Part shown: piece by piece, positions 1 through 8,182 of the stretch
Layout of the letters: each line of letters begins with the position of its first letter
Numbering within the stretch: position 1 is the stretch's first letter
Origin: Chloroflexota bacterium
GTDB lineage: Bacteria; Chloroflexota; UBA11872; VXOZ01
DNA: 64,000 bases
Reading direction: 5' to 3'
Assembly (NCBI GenBank): GCA_965221905.1
Contig: OZ244922.1
Span: 64,001-128,000, forward strand
Translations under genes and position numbers: made by a program
The notes under the pieces: model-generated
Database searches by the model: none
Told to the model about the DNA's origin: nothing
What the model saw: the letters and a program-made list of their open reading frames with translations, nothing else

Positions 1-591
1 CAGCATTGCCAGCAACGCATCGCGCGCGCCGTGACAGATCGAGTGGCCGTCGCCGAGTAGCAGCGCGTCGAGTTGCGGCACGGCCAGCAGCTTGCGGAGT
101 TGCAGCGCCGCCTGCGCCGGGTCCGCTACCGCCGGTTCGGCGCCAAGCACCAGCGATCCCACAGGATGGCCCCAAACATAATCGCCGATGAAGGCCACGC
201 TCCCGCCCCGCCACAGCAGCGCGATCTCGCCCGGACTCTTGCCGTGCGCCAGATGCAGCACCCGCAGATCGGGCACGATCTCCTCGCCGTCGGCTACGGT
301 GCGGTCTACCGCGAGCGCGAAGAGCGGCGCATCGGCCTCGTGCGCCACGATCTGCGCGCCGGTGCGCTCCTTGAACGCCACTGCGTCCCGCTCGTGGTCG
401 CGATTTGTCAGGACGATGAGGGCAGCGCCGCCGAGGGCGTCCAATTGCGCCGCGTCACCGGCGCTCATGGGTACCGGATCGATCAGGATATTGCCCTCTG
501 CCCGCACCCAGAGGAAGCCGTTGAAATCGAACTGCTTTTCCTCGTTGAATACCGACCAAGAATAGAGATCGTCGAACATCACCCGCTTCAT
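1..591 (-). CDS. MBL-fold metallo-hydrolase, 3' end runs off the window
   Basis: Not in the ORF track; translated manually from the ATG at 591: MKRVMFDDLYSWSVFNEEKQFDFNGFLWVRAEGNILIDP...IVLTNRDHERD...HGKSPGE...FIGD...LLGDGH; open to position 1. Confidence 0.75.
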   Translation of the reverse strand, partial: MKRVMFDDLYSWSVFNEEKQFDFNGFLWVRAEGNILIDPVPMSAGDAAQLDALGGAALIVLTNRDHERDAVAFKERTGAQIVAHEADAPLFALAVDRTVADGEEIVPDLRVLHLAHGKSPGEIALLWRGGSVAFIGDYVWGHPVGSLVLGAEPAVADPAQAALQLRKLLAVPQLDALLLGDGHSICHGARDALLAML

Positions 592-758
592 TTTAGTCAC
601 CCCTTACTCACGCTTAGACTGCCAGAGTACATGGTATACTGAAAAACCGTTGCGGTGAGCGCACCCGGAAGTGCACCATCTGGTTGGCCAGCCAGCATTA
701 AACTTGACATTAAGCCCCTGCACCTAGAAAAAGCATCTACGGCACCAAGGTGAGAAGC

Positions 759-791
759 CCGTTCATACTTCGACAGGCTCAGCACGAACGG
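759..791. repeat. Family F palindromic repeat (CCGTTC...CTTCGACAGGCTCAG.ACGAACGG)
   Basis: Related copies at 25912-25944, 38179-38216, 38230-38320, 46530-46554, 48134-48326 (three copies) and 57583-57638. Confidence 0.8.
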
Positions 792-842
792 ACTTCTCGC
801 AAAACTAGACCGACACATGGGTACTGCCATGGAAGCCCTCAC

Positions 843-1883
843 GTGAATTTGCTTACCCCCACTCCCCTCCCTTTACAGATTGCCGATGAAGACTCACTGG
901 AAGAGTTGCTGTCGCGGCCCAGCCGGGCGCTGATTGACGATCTGCAGCGACTCCATGGCGATATCCTCATTCTCGGTGTCGGCGGCAAAGTAGGCCCGAC
1001 TTTGGCGCGTCTGGCTAAGCGCGCGGCTCCCAAAAAACGGATCGTCGGCGTGGCGCGGTTTAGCGATCCGGCGATACGCGCGCGCCTCGAGGCATGGGGT
1101 GTCGAGACCATCGCGTGCGACCTCTTGGACCGCGCGGCAGTGGCCGCCCTACCGCAGTTTTCTAACGTCATCTTCATGGCGGGCAAGAAGTTCGGCACAG
1201 CGGCGGATCCGGCTTTCACTTGGGCTATGAACACGCATGTGCCGGCAATCGTGGCCGAAACCTTTGCCCAATCCCGCATCGTGGCATTCTCCACGCTCTG
1301 CGTCTATCCCTACGCGCCGGTTGATGGGGAAGGCTGGGATGAGTCGGTTGCGCCGGAGCCAGTGGGCGAATACGCCAACTCTTGCGTCGGACGCGAGCGT
1401 ATCTTCCAGTACTTTTCGCAGCAACACGCGACGCCGGGCCGCCTGCTCCGCCTCAATTACGCTATCGACATGCGCTACGGTGTGCTGTACGACGTGGCGC
1501 GCTGGGTACTGGCCGGTGAACCGGTGCCACTGACGATGGGTCACGTCAATATCATATGGCAAGGAGACGCCAGCGCTCAGGCACTGCGCGCGCTGCTGCA
1601 CTGCACCACGCCGACACGTCCGTTGAACATCGGCGGGCCTGAAGCTACCGGCATTCGCGCCCTGGCGCACGCCTTCGGCAAGCGGCTCAACCGGAATCCG
1701 CAGTTTGACGGTACAGAGGCCGAGACCGCCTGGATCAACAGCACGGCCCAAGCGCAGCAGCTCTTCGGCCGCCCCATCGTGCCTTTGGAGACAATGATCG
1801 ATTGGACTGCCGACTGGATCGAGCGCGCCATGCCGACCTATGCGAAACCGACCCACTATGAGGTCCGCGACGGTAAGTTCTAG
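843..1883 (+). CDS. NAD-dependent epimerase/dehydratase family protein
   Basis: GVGGKVG Rossmann motif, FMAGKKFG, GEYANSC, RLNYA; GTG at 843 preferred because the upstream extension is translated repeat DNA. Confidence 0.8.
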   Translation: MNLLTPTPLPLQIADEDSLEELLSRPSRALIDDLQRLHGDILILGVGGKVGPTLARLAKRAAPKKRIVGVARFSDPAIRARLEAWGVETIACDLLDRAAVAALPQFSNVIFMAGKKFGTAADPAFTWAMNTHVPAIVAETFAQSRIVAFSTLCVYPYAPVDGEGWDESVAPEPVGEYANSCVGRERIFQYFSQQHATPGRLLRLNYAIDMRYGVLYDVARWVLAGEPVPLTMGHVNIIWQGDASAQALRALLHCTTPTRPLNIGGPEATGIRALAHAFGKRLNRNPQFDGTEAETAWINSTAQAQQLFGRPIVPLETMIDWTADWIERAMPTYAKPTHYEVRDGKF

Positions 1884-2019
1884 GCTGTTCTCGTTGGTAC
1901 TACCAGTAAACTGTTTCGACGAGACACAATGCTTGCTGCGAGATGTCAAGCGCACCGCACGGCCCCGCCAAGCGCCCACCCAGAGAGTTTCGCAAATCCA
2001 AGACTATAAGCAAAGAACT

Positions 2020-2059
2020 CCCTCTCCCCGGTCTATACAAGAGGGCGGGGTGAGGGTGA
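2020..2059. repeat. Family E repeat, degenerate solo copy
   Basis: ccctctcc...gagggcggggtgagggtga matches the repeats flanking the DUF559 gene. Confidence 0.6.
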
Positions 2060-2085
2060 TCCATCTTTGTGCATGGGCACAGGAT

Positions 2086-2113
2086 GTAGGGGCACGACAT
2101 GTCGTGCCCCTAC
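2086..2113. repeat. Family A perfect 28-bp GTAG palindrome (REP-like)
   Basis: gtaggggcacgacatgtcgtgcccctac; identical at 2927 and 22847. Confidence 0.9.
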
Positions 2114-2311
2114 GGGAGATACATTACGGAGGGGGTTTGTCTGAGCAATATGATACGCAGGAGCTTCAGTAAGCTCTTTCGCGTAAGATAAATTGTAGAG
2201 GAGCTGCAGGTAGTCGGTGGATTCCGCAGCCCAGGCAGCAGTGAGCGACGGCACACCAAGACAAGCGCTAGCGACAAGTCACACCGCGCACACCAAGAAC
2301 GGAGAACATCG

Positions 2312-2782
2312 ATGGCAGACCAGAATCCCCCAAAACGAATCCTGGTGGTTGGCGGGCCTAACCTCAACCTCTTCGGACGCCGCCAGCCGGAAATCTACGG
2401 CACGGTGACGCTGAATCAGATTCACCAACAGGTGACGAAAGAGGCCGAAAAGCTGGGCTTCGAAGCGATTTGTTTCCAGTCCAACCACGAAGGCGCCGTG
2501 CTCGACTTCCTGCACGAGAACATCGACAACGCCCAAGGCGCTTTGTTGAACCCGGCCGGCTTAACCCAGTACAGCCCTTCGCTCTTCGATGCGCTGAAGG
2601 CCATGCCGTTTCCCGTGATCGAGGTGCACCTTTCCAACCTGTACGCGCGGGAAGCCTGGCGCGGCCACTCCATCATCTCGGCAGCGGCGCGCGGCGTGGT
2701 GCAGGGCTTTGGCTGGTACGGCTACATCGTGGCGCTTTACGGCCTGGTGGGCTTGATTAATGAGGTCCAGCCCGACGCCTGA
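2312..2782 (+). CDS. aroQ: type II 3-dehydroquinate dehydratase
   Basis: GPNLNLFGRRQPEIYG, FQSNHEG, EVHLSN..AREAWR.HS motifs. Confidence 0.9.
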   Translation: MADQNPPKRILVVGGPNLNLFGRRQPEIYGTVTLNQIHQQVTKEAEKLGFEAICFQSNHEGAVLDFLHENIDNAQGALLNPAGLTQYSPSLFDALKAMPFPVIEVHLSNLYAREAWRGHSIISAAARGVVQGFGWYGYIVALYGLVGLINEVQPDA

Positions 2783-2803
2783 ACGACGCCCCACTGTTCC
2801 AAT

Positions 2804-2899
2804 CGTCACTCCCCGGTAGCGCAGGTTTGTAACCTGCGTCCGTTGGCCGGAGCCTAGGTTTACACAGAGAAGCTGGATCCACGCTTGCGCGGGAATGAC
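2804..2899. repeat. Inverted pair of family D (CGTCAYTCC...GGARTCCA) repeats; left copy interrupted by a family H repeat
   Basis: cgtcactcc[ccggtagcgcaggtttgtaacctgcgtccgttg]gccggagccta ... tggatccacgcttgcgcgggaatgac. Confidence 0.7.
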
Positions 2900-2926
2900 A
2901 CCTTTACGAGGCTCTCGTTCCCAATG

Positions 2927-2954
2927 GTAGGGGCACGACATGTCGTGCCCCTAC
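2927..2954. repeat. Family A GTAG palindrome
   Basis: Identical to 2086-2113; between convergent aroQ and SDR genes. Confidence 0.9.
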
Positions 2955-2971
2955 GTAATTTCAAAAGAGAC

Positions 2972-3766
2972 TCACCGCCACACGGGGCCTTTCTCGAACA
3001 TGCCGGGTTGTTGCTGGGCGCCGTCTACGGAGACATTGGTGCCGTTGATCCAGCTTCCGGCGGGTGAAGCAACGAAGACAATCGCGCGCGCCACCTCCTC
3101 GGGTTTTCCCAAGCGGCCCAGCGGATACTCCTCGGTCTCGAATTTCCCAAAACCTTCCGGGTCGTCCTGTTGGCGCTTTCCCCAGCCGCCGCCGGGAAAG
3201 AGAATCGAACCGGGACTAACGGTATTCACGCGGATATTGTCCGGCCCTAGTTCCATGGCCAGTGCGCCGCTCACGAAGACTTCCGCCGCCTTCGCCGCGC
3301 CGTACTGGCTGCCGGGCGCCGGTTTCAGACCCGAGATGGAGGAAATCGTCACGATGGAGCCGCCGCCCCGCTGCCGCATGTGGGGCACCGCCGCCCGCGA
3401 GGTGCGCACGGCGTGAAAGAGATTGAGATCGAACGTATCGACCCACTCTTCGTCGGTAGAGCCCATCAGGCCTTTGCCCACAGAGCCGCCGACGTTATTG
3501 ATGAGAATGTCAATGCCACCCAAGGCGTCGGCGCTCGCAGCGACGAACGACTCTACCGCCTCACGTTGCGTCACGTCCACGGCCATGCCGAAGGCGTTAG
3601 CACCGTGCGCGCGAATCTCCGACAGTGTCTTTTCCAGTGTTTCGCTGCCGCGCGCGCAGATAGCAACGGCGGCCCCTTCTTCCGCAAACGTGAGCGCCGT
3701 CGACCGGCCGATACCACGACTGCCGCCGGTGACGACGGCGACTTTTCCGGCTAAACCAAGATCCAT
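2972..3766 (-). CDS. SDR family oxidoreductase (3-oxoacyl-ACP reductase-like)
   Basis: TGGSRGIG, INNVG, YGAAK, VNTVSPG; start MDLGLAGK at ATG 3766. Confidence 0.9.
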   Translation of the reverse strand: MDLGLAGKVAVVTGGSRGIGRSTALTFAEEGAAVAICARGSETLEKTLSEIRAHGANAFGMAVDVTQREAVESFVAASADALGGIDILINNVGGSVGKGLMGSTDEEWVDTFDLNLFHAVRTSRAAVPHMRQRGGGSIVTISSISGLKPAPGSQYGAAKAAEVFVSGALAMELGPDNIRVNTVSPGSILFPGGGWGKRQQDDPEGFGKFETEEYPLGRLGKPEEVARAIVFVASPAGSWINGTNVSVDGAQQQPGMFEKGPVWR

Positions 3767-3883
3767 GGGTGTGTGGTCCTTTCTGCAATTGCTACAAGTC
3801 CGCGCGGAATCCAAGGCTTCAATTCGCACACATCCTGCACCGATTCAGATACGTGGCAGGAATTTGAAATCTCCCCGACCTTC

Positions 3884-3972
3884 TGGACTCCGGCTTTCGC
3901 CGGAGTGACGGATTGGGCACCTGCGACCGCCTTCTTGGCTACCAGCCAGCGGGGGACAAGCCCCCGCGCTAC
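3884..3972. repeat. Family D copy (3884-3910) plus family B copy (3948-3972)
   Basis: tggactccggctttcgccggagtgacg; agcgggggacaagcccccgcgctac. Confidence 0.8.
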
Positions 3973-4036
3973 GGCGATTCGATGTCGCGGACTTCTCAGC
4001 GTGGGGCTGCCGCGCCGTGCCACCGCGAAAGCCACC

Positions 4037-5116
4037 CTAGCCGATCCGCTCCAGCACGGCTGCGCCCACTTCTTGTGTGCCCACTGCGCGTTCGCCGGCC
4101 GCGCCGCGCGCCAAGTCCGGCGTGCGGTAGCCCGCCGCCAGCACATCTTCCACGGCCTTTTCGACTGCCGCCGCTTCCTGCTCCAAACCCAGTGAATGGC
4201 GCAAGAGCATGCCCACGGAGAGGATCGCCGCCAAGGGGTTCGCCTTGTCCTGGCCGACGATATCGGGCGCGGTACCATGCACGGGCTCGTAGAGGCCGCG
4301 CCGTCCCCGACCCAGGCTGGCGCTCGGCAGCATGCCCAGACTGCCCGCCAGCACTGAGGCCTCATCGGAGAGAATGTCGCCAAACATGTTCTCGGTCACT
4401 AGCACGTCGAAGCGCCGCGGCACGTTGATCAGGTGCATGGCGCAGGCATCCACCAGGAGATGCTCGACCGTTACGTCGGGGTACTCCTCCGCTACCTGCA
4501 CGGCGATTTCGCGCCACAAGCCGCTGCTTGCCAGCACGTTTGCCTTATCCACCGAGGCGAGTTGCTTCCGCCGCTGCCGAGCGAGATCAAAGCCCAAGCG
4601 GATGATGCGCTCCATCTCGCCGCTCGTGTAGGTAAGCGTGTCTTTGACTCGAATGCCCTGCTTGTTGGCGGTCCGTCCGCGCGGACGGCCGAAATAGAGC
4701 CCGCCGGTGAGCTCTCGCAGCACCAGCAGATCGGTGCCTTCCACGATCTCTCGCTTCAACGGCGAGGAGTCCACCAGCGCGGGGAACAGTTTCACCGGAC
4801 GCAGGTTGGCGTAGAGGCGCAACTCCTTGCGCAAACGCAGCAGGCCGTATTCCGGCCGTGCTTCCGGCGGCCCTACGTCCCACTTGGGGCCGCCCACCGC
4901 GCCCACGAGGATGGCGTCGGCTTGCTTGCAGATTGCAAGCGATTCGTCAGGCAAGGGCGAGCCGGTCGCGTCGATGGCGTTGCCGCCGATACTCCCTTCG
5001 GTTATCTGAAAAGTGTGGCCGTTAGATGCCGCAACGTGCTGGAGCACCCGCGCCCCCCAGGCCACCACCTCCACACCAATTCCGTCACCGGGCAATACCG
5101 CGATTTTCGCTCTCAT
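4037..5116 (-). CDS. leuB: 3-isopropylmalate dehydrogenase
   Basis: [54 protein letters not shown]. Confidence 0.97.
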   Translation of the reverse strand: MRAKIAVLPGDGIGVEVVAWGARVLQHVAASNGHTFQITEGSIGGNAIDATGSPLPDESLAICKQADAILVGAVGGPKWDVGPPEARPEYGLLRLRKELRLYANLRPVKLFPALVDSSPLKREIVEGTDLLVLRELTGGLYFGRPRGRTANKQGIRVKDTLTYTSGEMERIIRLGFDLARQRRKQLASVDKANVLASSGLWREIAVQVAEEYPDVTVEHLLVDACAMHLINVPRRFDVLVTENMFGDILSDEASVLAGSLGMLPSASLGRGRRGLYEPVHGTAPDIVGQDKANPLAAILSVGMLLRHSLGLEQEAAAVEKAVEDVLAAGYRTPDLARGAAGERAVGTQEVGAAVLERIG

Positions 5117-5222
5117 GAACTACTCCACACTGTGATTACTGCGGGACGACACACCCCACACTGCTTGTTGAACCTGCAACGGTTTTCTGTCTGTCTTCTC
5201 TGCTAAGTAGATATAATCTCCT

Positions 5223-5542
5223 GCGGGGGACGAGCCCTCGCGCTACGGTTCACTGTAGTGACATTTCAAGACCAGTCCGTCACTCCCGCGCACGCGGGAA
5301 TCCATCTTCACACCTGCCACGCTGTCGTCGCTTGCGGTGGTCATAATGCAATGCGACCCCAACAATTGCCGAGGAAGAGCAAGGGCAACTATCTCCGGTA
5401 GCGCAGGTTTGCAACCTGCGTCCACCCGGTGGAAGACGATCCCATTCACAGTTCAACTGCGATAGCGACTACAAACTTGGGAATCGCCCTCACCCCCGTA
5501 TCAAGTACGGGGCAGGCTCTAGCCCTCTCCTCCGGGAGAGGG
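5223..5542. repeat. Mixed repeat cluster: B (5223-5246), D (5278-5304), H (5398-5420), E with 24-bp insert (5484-5542)
   Basis: Four different hairpin families in one intergenic gap. Confidence 0.8.
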
Positions 5543-5626
5543 AATAACAATACCAGTCGGTGGTGGATAGGAGTAGTGCGTCACATCCACTTTGCGAAAG
5601 CCCCAAAGGACCGGCCCCGCGCAATG

Positions 5627-6115
5627 TCACTCCGCTTTGCCGTTCCCCAGAACCTTCACCATCATGCCACGTTCCTCATAGTACCGAGCGCGCAGAAAGA
5701 ACGCCAGAGCAGCGTGGTTACCCTCGGCAACGTTGGTCGCAAGCCTCATCATGCCCTGTTCCCGTGTCCATGCCTCTGCTTCCTGCAGCAGCCGCATAGC
5801 GATGCCCCGGCGGCGGTAGGGCGCGGACACTGCCAACGCGCGGACGTGGGCGTACGGTGGCTGGGTAGGACTCCCGGTACGCACCGAGAGCGCGATCATA
5901 CCGATAACGCACCCCTCTCGGTGCTCCACTTCGCCGTCCGCCACTGCCACGAGCCGCAGTGCATCCTTGACCGACGCGCCAACGGCATCTTTGGACGACA
6001 TGCGGGAGCGCAATTCACGCACAATCGGGAGCGATGCCTCCACGATCGTGCGCTCAAGATCGCGGATGAGCGGCGCATCTTCTGCGCGTGCCGGGCGAAT
6101 CGTCACTGCCGTCAT
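5627..6115 (-). CDS. GNAT family N-acetyltransferase
   Basis: LAVSAPYRRRGIA acetyl-CoA motif, N..AL.FF; N-terminal IRPA. Confidence 0.85.
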   Translation of the reverse strand: MTAVTIRPARAEDAPLIRDLERTIVEASLPIVRELRSRMSSKDAVGASVKDALRLVAVADGEVEHREGCVIGMIALSVRTGSPTQPPYAHVRALAVSAPYRRRGIAMRLLQEAEAWTREQGMMRLATNVAEGNHAALAFFLRARYYEERGMMVKVLGNGKAE

Positions 6116-6373
6116 GCGTGTGCGGGTCTCTTCCTGCGCGCTAGCAACGCGTTCTTCGCCACGCGAAGCTCCGCTATGCCATTGCCCGTACCGAGATTCT
6201 TCTTATCCACTCCAATAGTATATGAACGTCAGCGCCGCATTCAGGCGCTGCCCTTTCCTTGACGCCCTGCACGCGCAAGTCCATCATGATGGTAGGCTTC
6301 TAGCTAAGAGGCACAAGAGAATCTCGACCCTCAATCTCGCGGAAGAATCCGCAGCGGAAATACCCCCTACCCT

Positions 6374-8032
6374 ATGGCAGAAGAAAAAACGCTTCGCATT
6401 ATCCCCCTGGGCGGCTTAGGCGAAATCGCCAAGAACTGTATGGTGCTTGAATACGGCGACGATATCGTCCTCATCGACGCCGGTGTGATGTTTCCCGAAG
6501 ACGACATGCTGGGCATCGACCTGGTAATTCCCGATATCTCCTATCTAGAAGACAAGCGGGACCGGCTCCGCGGCATCATCATTACGCACGGGCACGAAGA
6601 CCACACCGGCTCGCTGCCCTATTTTCTACGCAAGATCAATGCTCCCATCTATGGCACGCGGCTCACCCTCGGATTGGTGGAGGTCAAGCTCAAAGAGCAC
6701 GGCCTGGAAGAGCGGGTTAAGATGCAGGAGATCGCCCCCGGCGATCAGATTACTCTGGGACCCTTCCGCTTCGAGTTCTTCCACATGTGCCACAGCATTC
6801 CCGACGGCGTGGGCATGGCAATCCATACCCCCGTCGGCCTGGTGGTGCACTCCGGTGACTTCAAGTTCGACTACACGCCCGTAGACGGCGAGCTCTCCGA
6901 TATCTGGCGGCTGGCGAAATACGCGCAGGAAGGCGTGCGGCTGCTGCTTTCCGATAGCACCCGGGCCGACAGACCCGGCTACACGCCGTCCGAACGTGTG
7001 ATCTACGACTGCTTTGCCGAGGTTTTCTCTGAAGCGCCCGGCCGCATCATCGTGACCACGTTCGCCTCTCTGATTTCCCGCGTCCAGCAGGTGGTAGATA
7101 CCGCCCATGAATTCGACCGTCACATCTGTGTGACCGGGCGCAACATGGTGCAGAACGTGAACATGGCGATGCAGCTAGGGTATTTGGACGTTCCGGCAAA
7201 CATGCTCGTACGCCCCGACCGCCTGCATGCGTACAAGAAGGAAGACGTTGTCATTATCACCACGGGCAGCCAGGGCGAGCCAACCTCTGCCTTGGGCCGC
7301 ATCGCGAACCGCGACCATCGCCAGATCAACGTAGAGACCGACGATACGGTCGTAATTTCCGCCAGCCCCATTCCCGGCAACGAGGCGCTCGTGGCAAAGA
7401 CGATCGATAAGCTCTTTCGCCAAGGAGCCAACGTGCTCTACGACAAAGTGGCCAACGTCCACGTATCCGGTCACGGCGCGCAGGAAGAGCTCAAGACTCT
7501 CATTAGCATCTTGCGTCCGGAAGCGTTCATTCCCATTCACGGCGGGTACCAGCACCTCATGCACCACGCGCGCTTGGCGGGCGAACTCGGGGTGGATACC
7601 GAGAATATAATAGTGGCGGAAGACGGCGACATCATCGAGCTGTCCGCAGACGAGATTCGCAAAGTAGACCGGGTGCAGGCCGGCTACGTGTTCGTTGACG
7701 GCTTGGGCGTGGGCGACGTAAGCCAAAGCGTCCTGCGCGACCGCCAGCACCTCTCCCAGGACGGTATCTTCATCGTAGTCGTAACCATTGACCGCGAAAC
7801 CGGCCATGTGCTTTCCGGCCCCGATATCATTTCGCGCGGGTTCACGCAGGTGGGTCTGGAGATGCTGATTGAAAAAGCCCGGCAACGCCTATATAATAGT
7901 TTGGAGGCAGATCTTGGCCCCCGCGCCGAGATTCGCCAGGTTCAGGAACGTATTCGCGATGTAGTGTCAAAGTTCCTCTTCGCTGAGACCCGCCGCAGAC
8001 CGATGATCCTCCCCGTGGTAACTGAAGTCTAA
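6374..8032 (+). CDS. rnj: ribonuclease J
   Basis: IIPLGGLGEIAKN, THGHEDH, HSIPD, TGSQGEP, HVSGH, TRRRPMILPV. Confidence 0.97.
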   Translation: MAEEKTLRIIPLGGLGEIAKNCMVLEYGDDIVLIDAGVMFPEDDMLGIDLVIPDISYLEDKRDRLRGIIITHGHEDHTGSLPYFLRKINAPIYGTRLTLGLVEVKLKEHGLEERVKMQEIAPGDQITLGPFRFEFFHMCHSIPDGVGMAIHTPVGLVVHSGDFKFDYTPVDGELSDIWRLAKYAQEGVRLLLSDSTRADRPGYTPSERVIYDCFAEVFSEAPGRIIVTTFASLISRVQQVVDTAHEFDRHICVTGRNMVQNVNMAMQLGYLDVPANMLVRPDRLHAYKKEDVVIITTGSQGEPTSALGRIANRDHRQINVETDDTVVISASPIPGNEALVAKTIDKLFRQGANVLYDKVANVHVSGHGAQEELKTLISILRPEAFIPIHGGYQHLMHHARLAGELGVDTENIIVAEDGDIIELSADEIRKVDRVQAGYVFVDGLGVGDVSQSVLRDRQHLSQDGIFIVVVTIDRETGHVLSGPDIISRGFTQVGLEMLIEKARQRLYNSLEADLGPRAEIRQVQERIRDVVSKFLFAETRRRPMILPVVTEV

Positions 8033-8182
8033 TACGGGCGTTAGCCCGTCCACCATTGGCCCGTCCGACATTCGACTGTCGCGCTATTCTCAATTGTCGA
8101 TACGGGCCTACACCCATGCTGATTCTCATCTTTCGTCTCTCACCGTACCCGCCTTCTTCTGCACGCTATGAGGAGTCTACCA

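Noticed and set aside
73-642. Plus-strand 189-aa ORF and the many other overlapping ORFs in the track
   Set aside because: They are antisense or off-frame shadows of well-supported genes, as expected in GC-rich DNA.
750-842. N-terminal extension of the epimerase (similarly the ATG at 53899)
   Set aside because: The extensions and start codons derive from intergenic repeats; downstream starts fit better.
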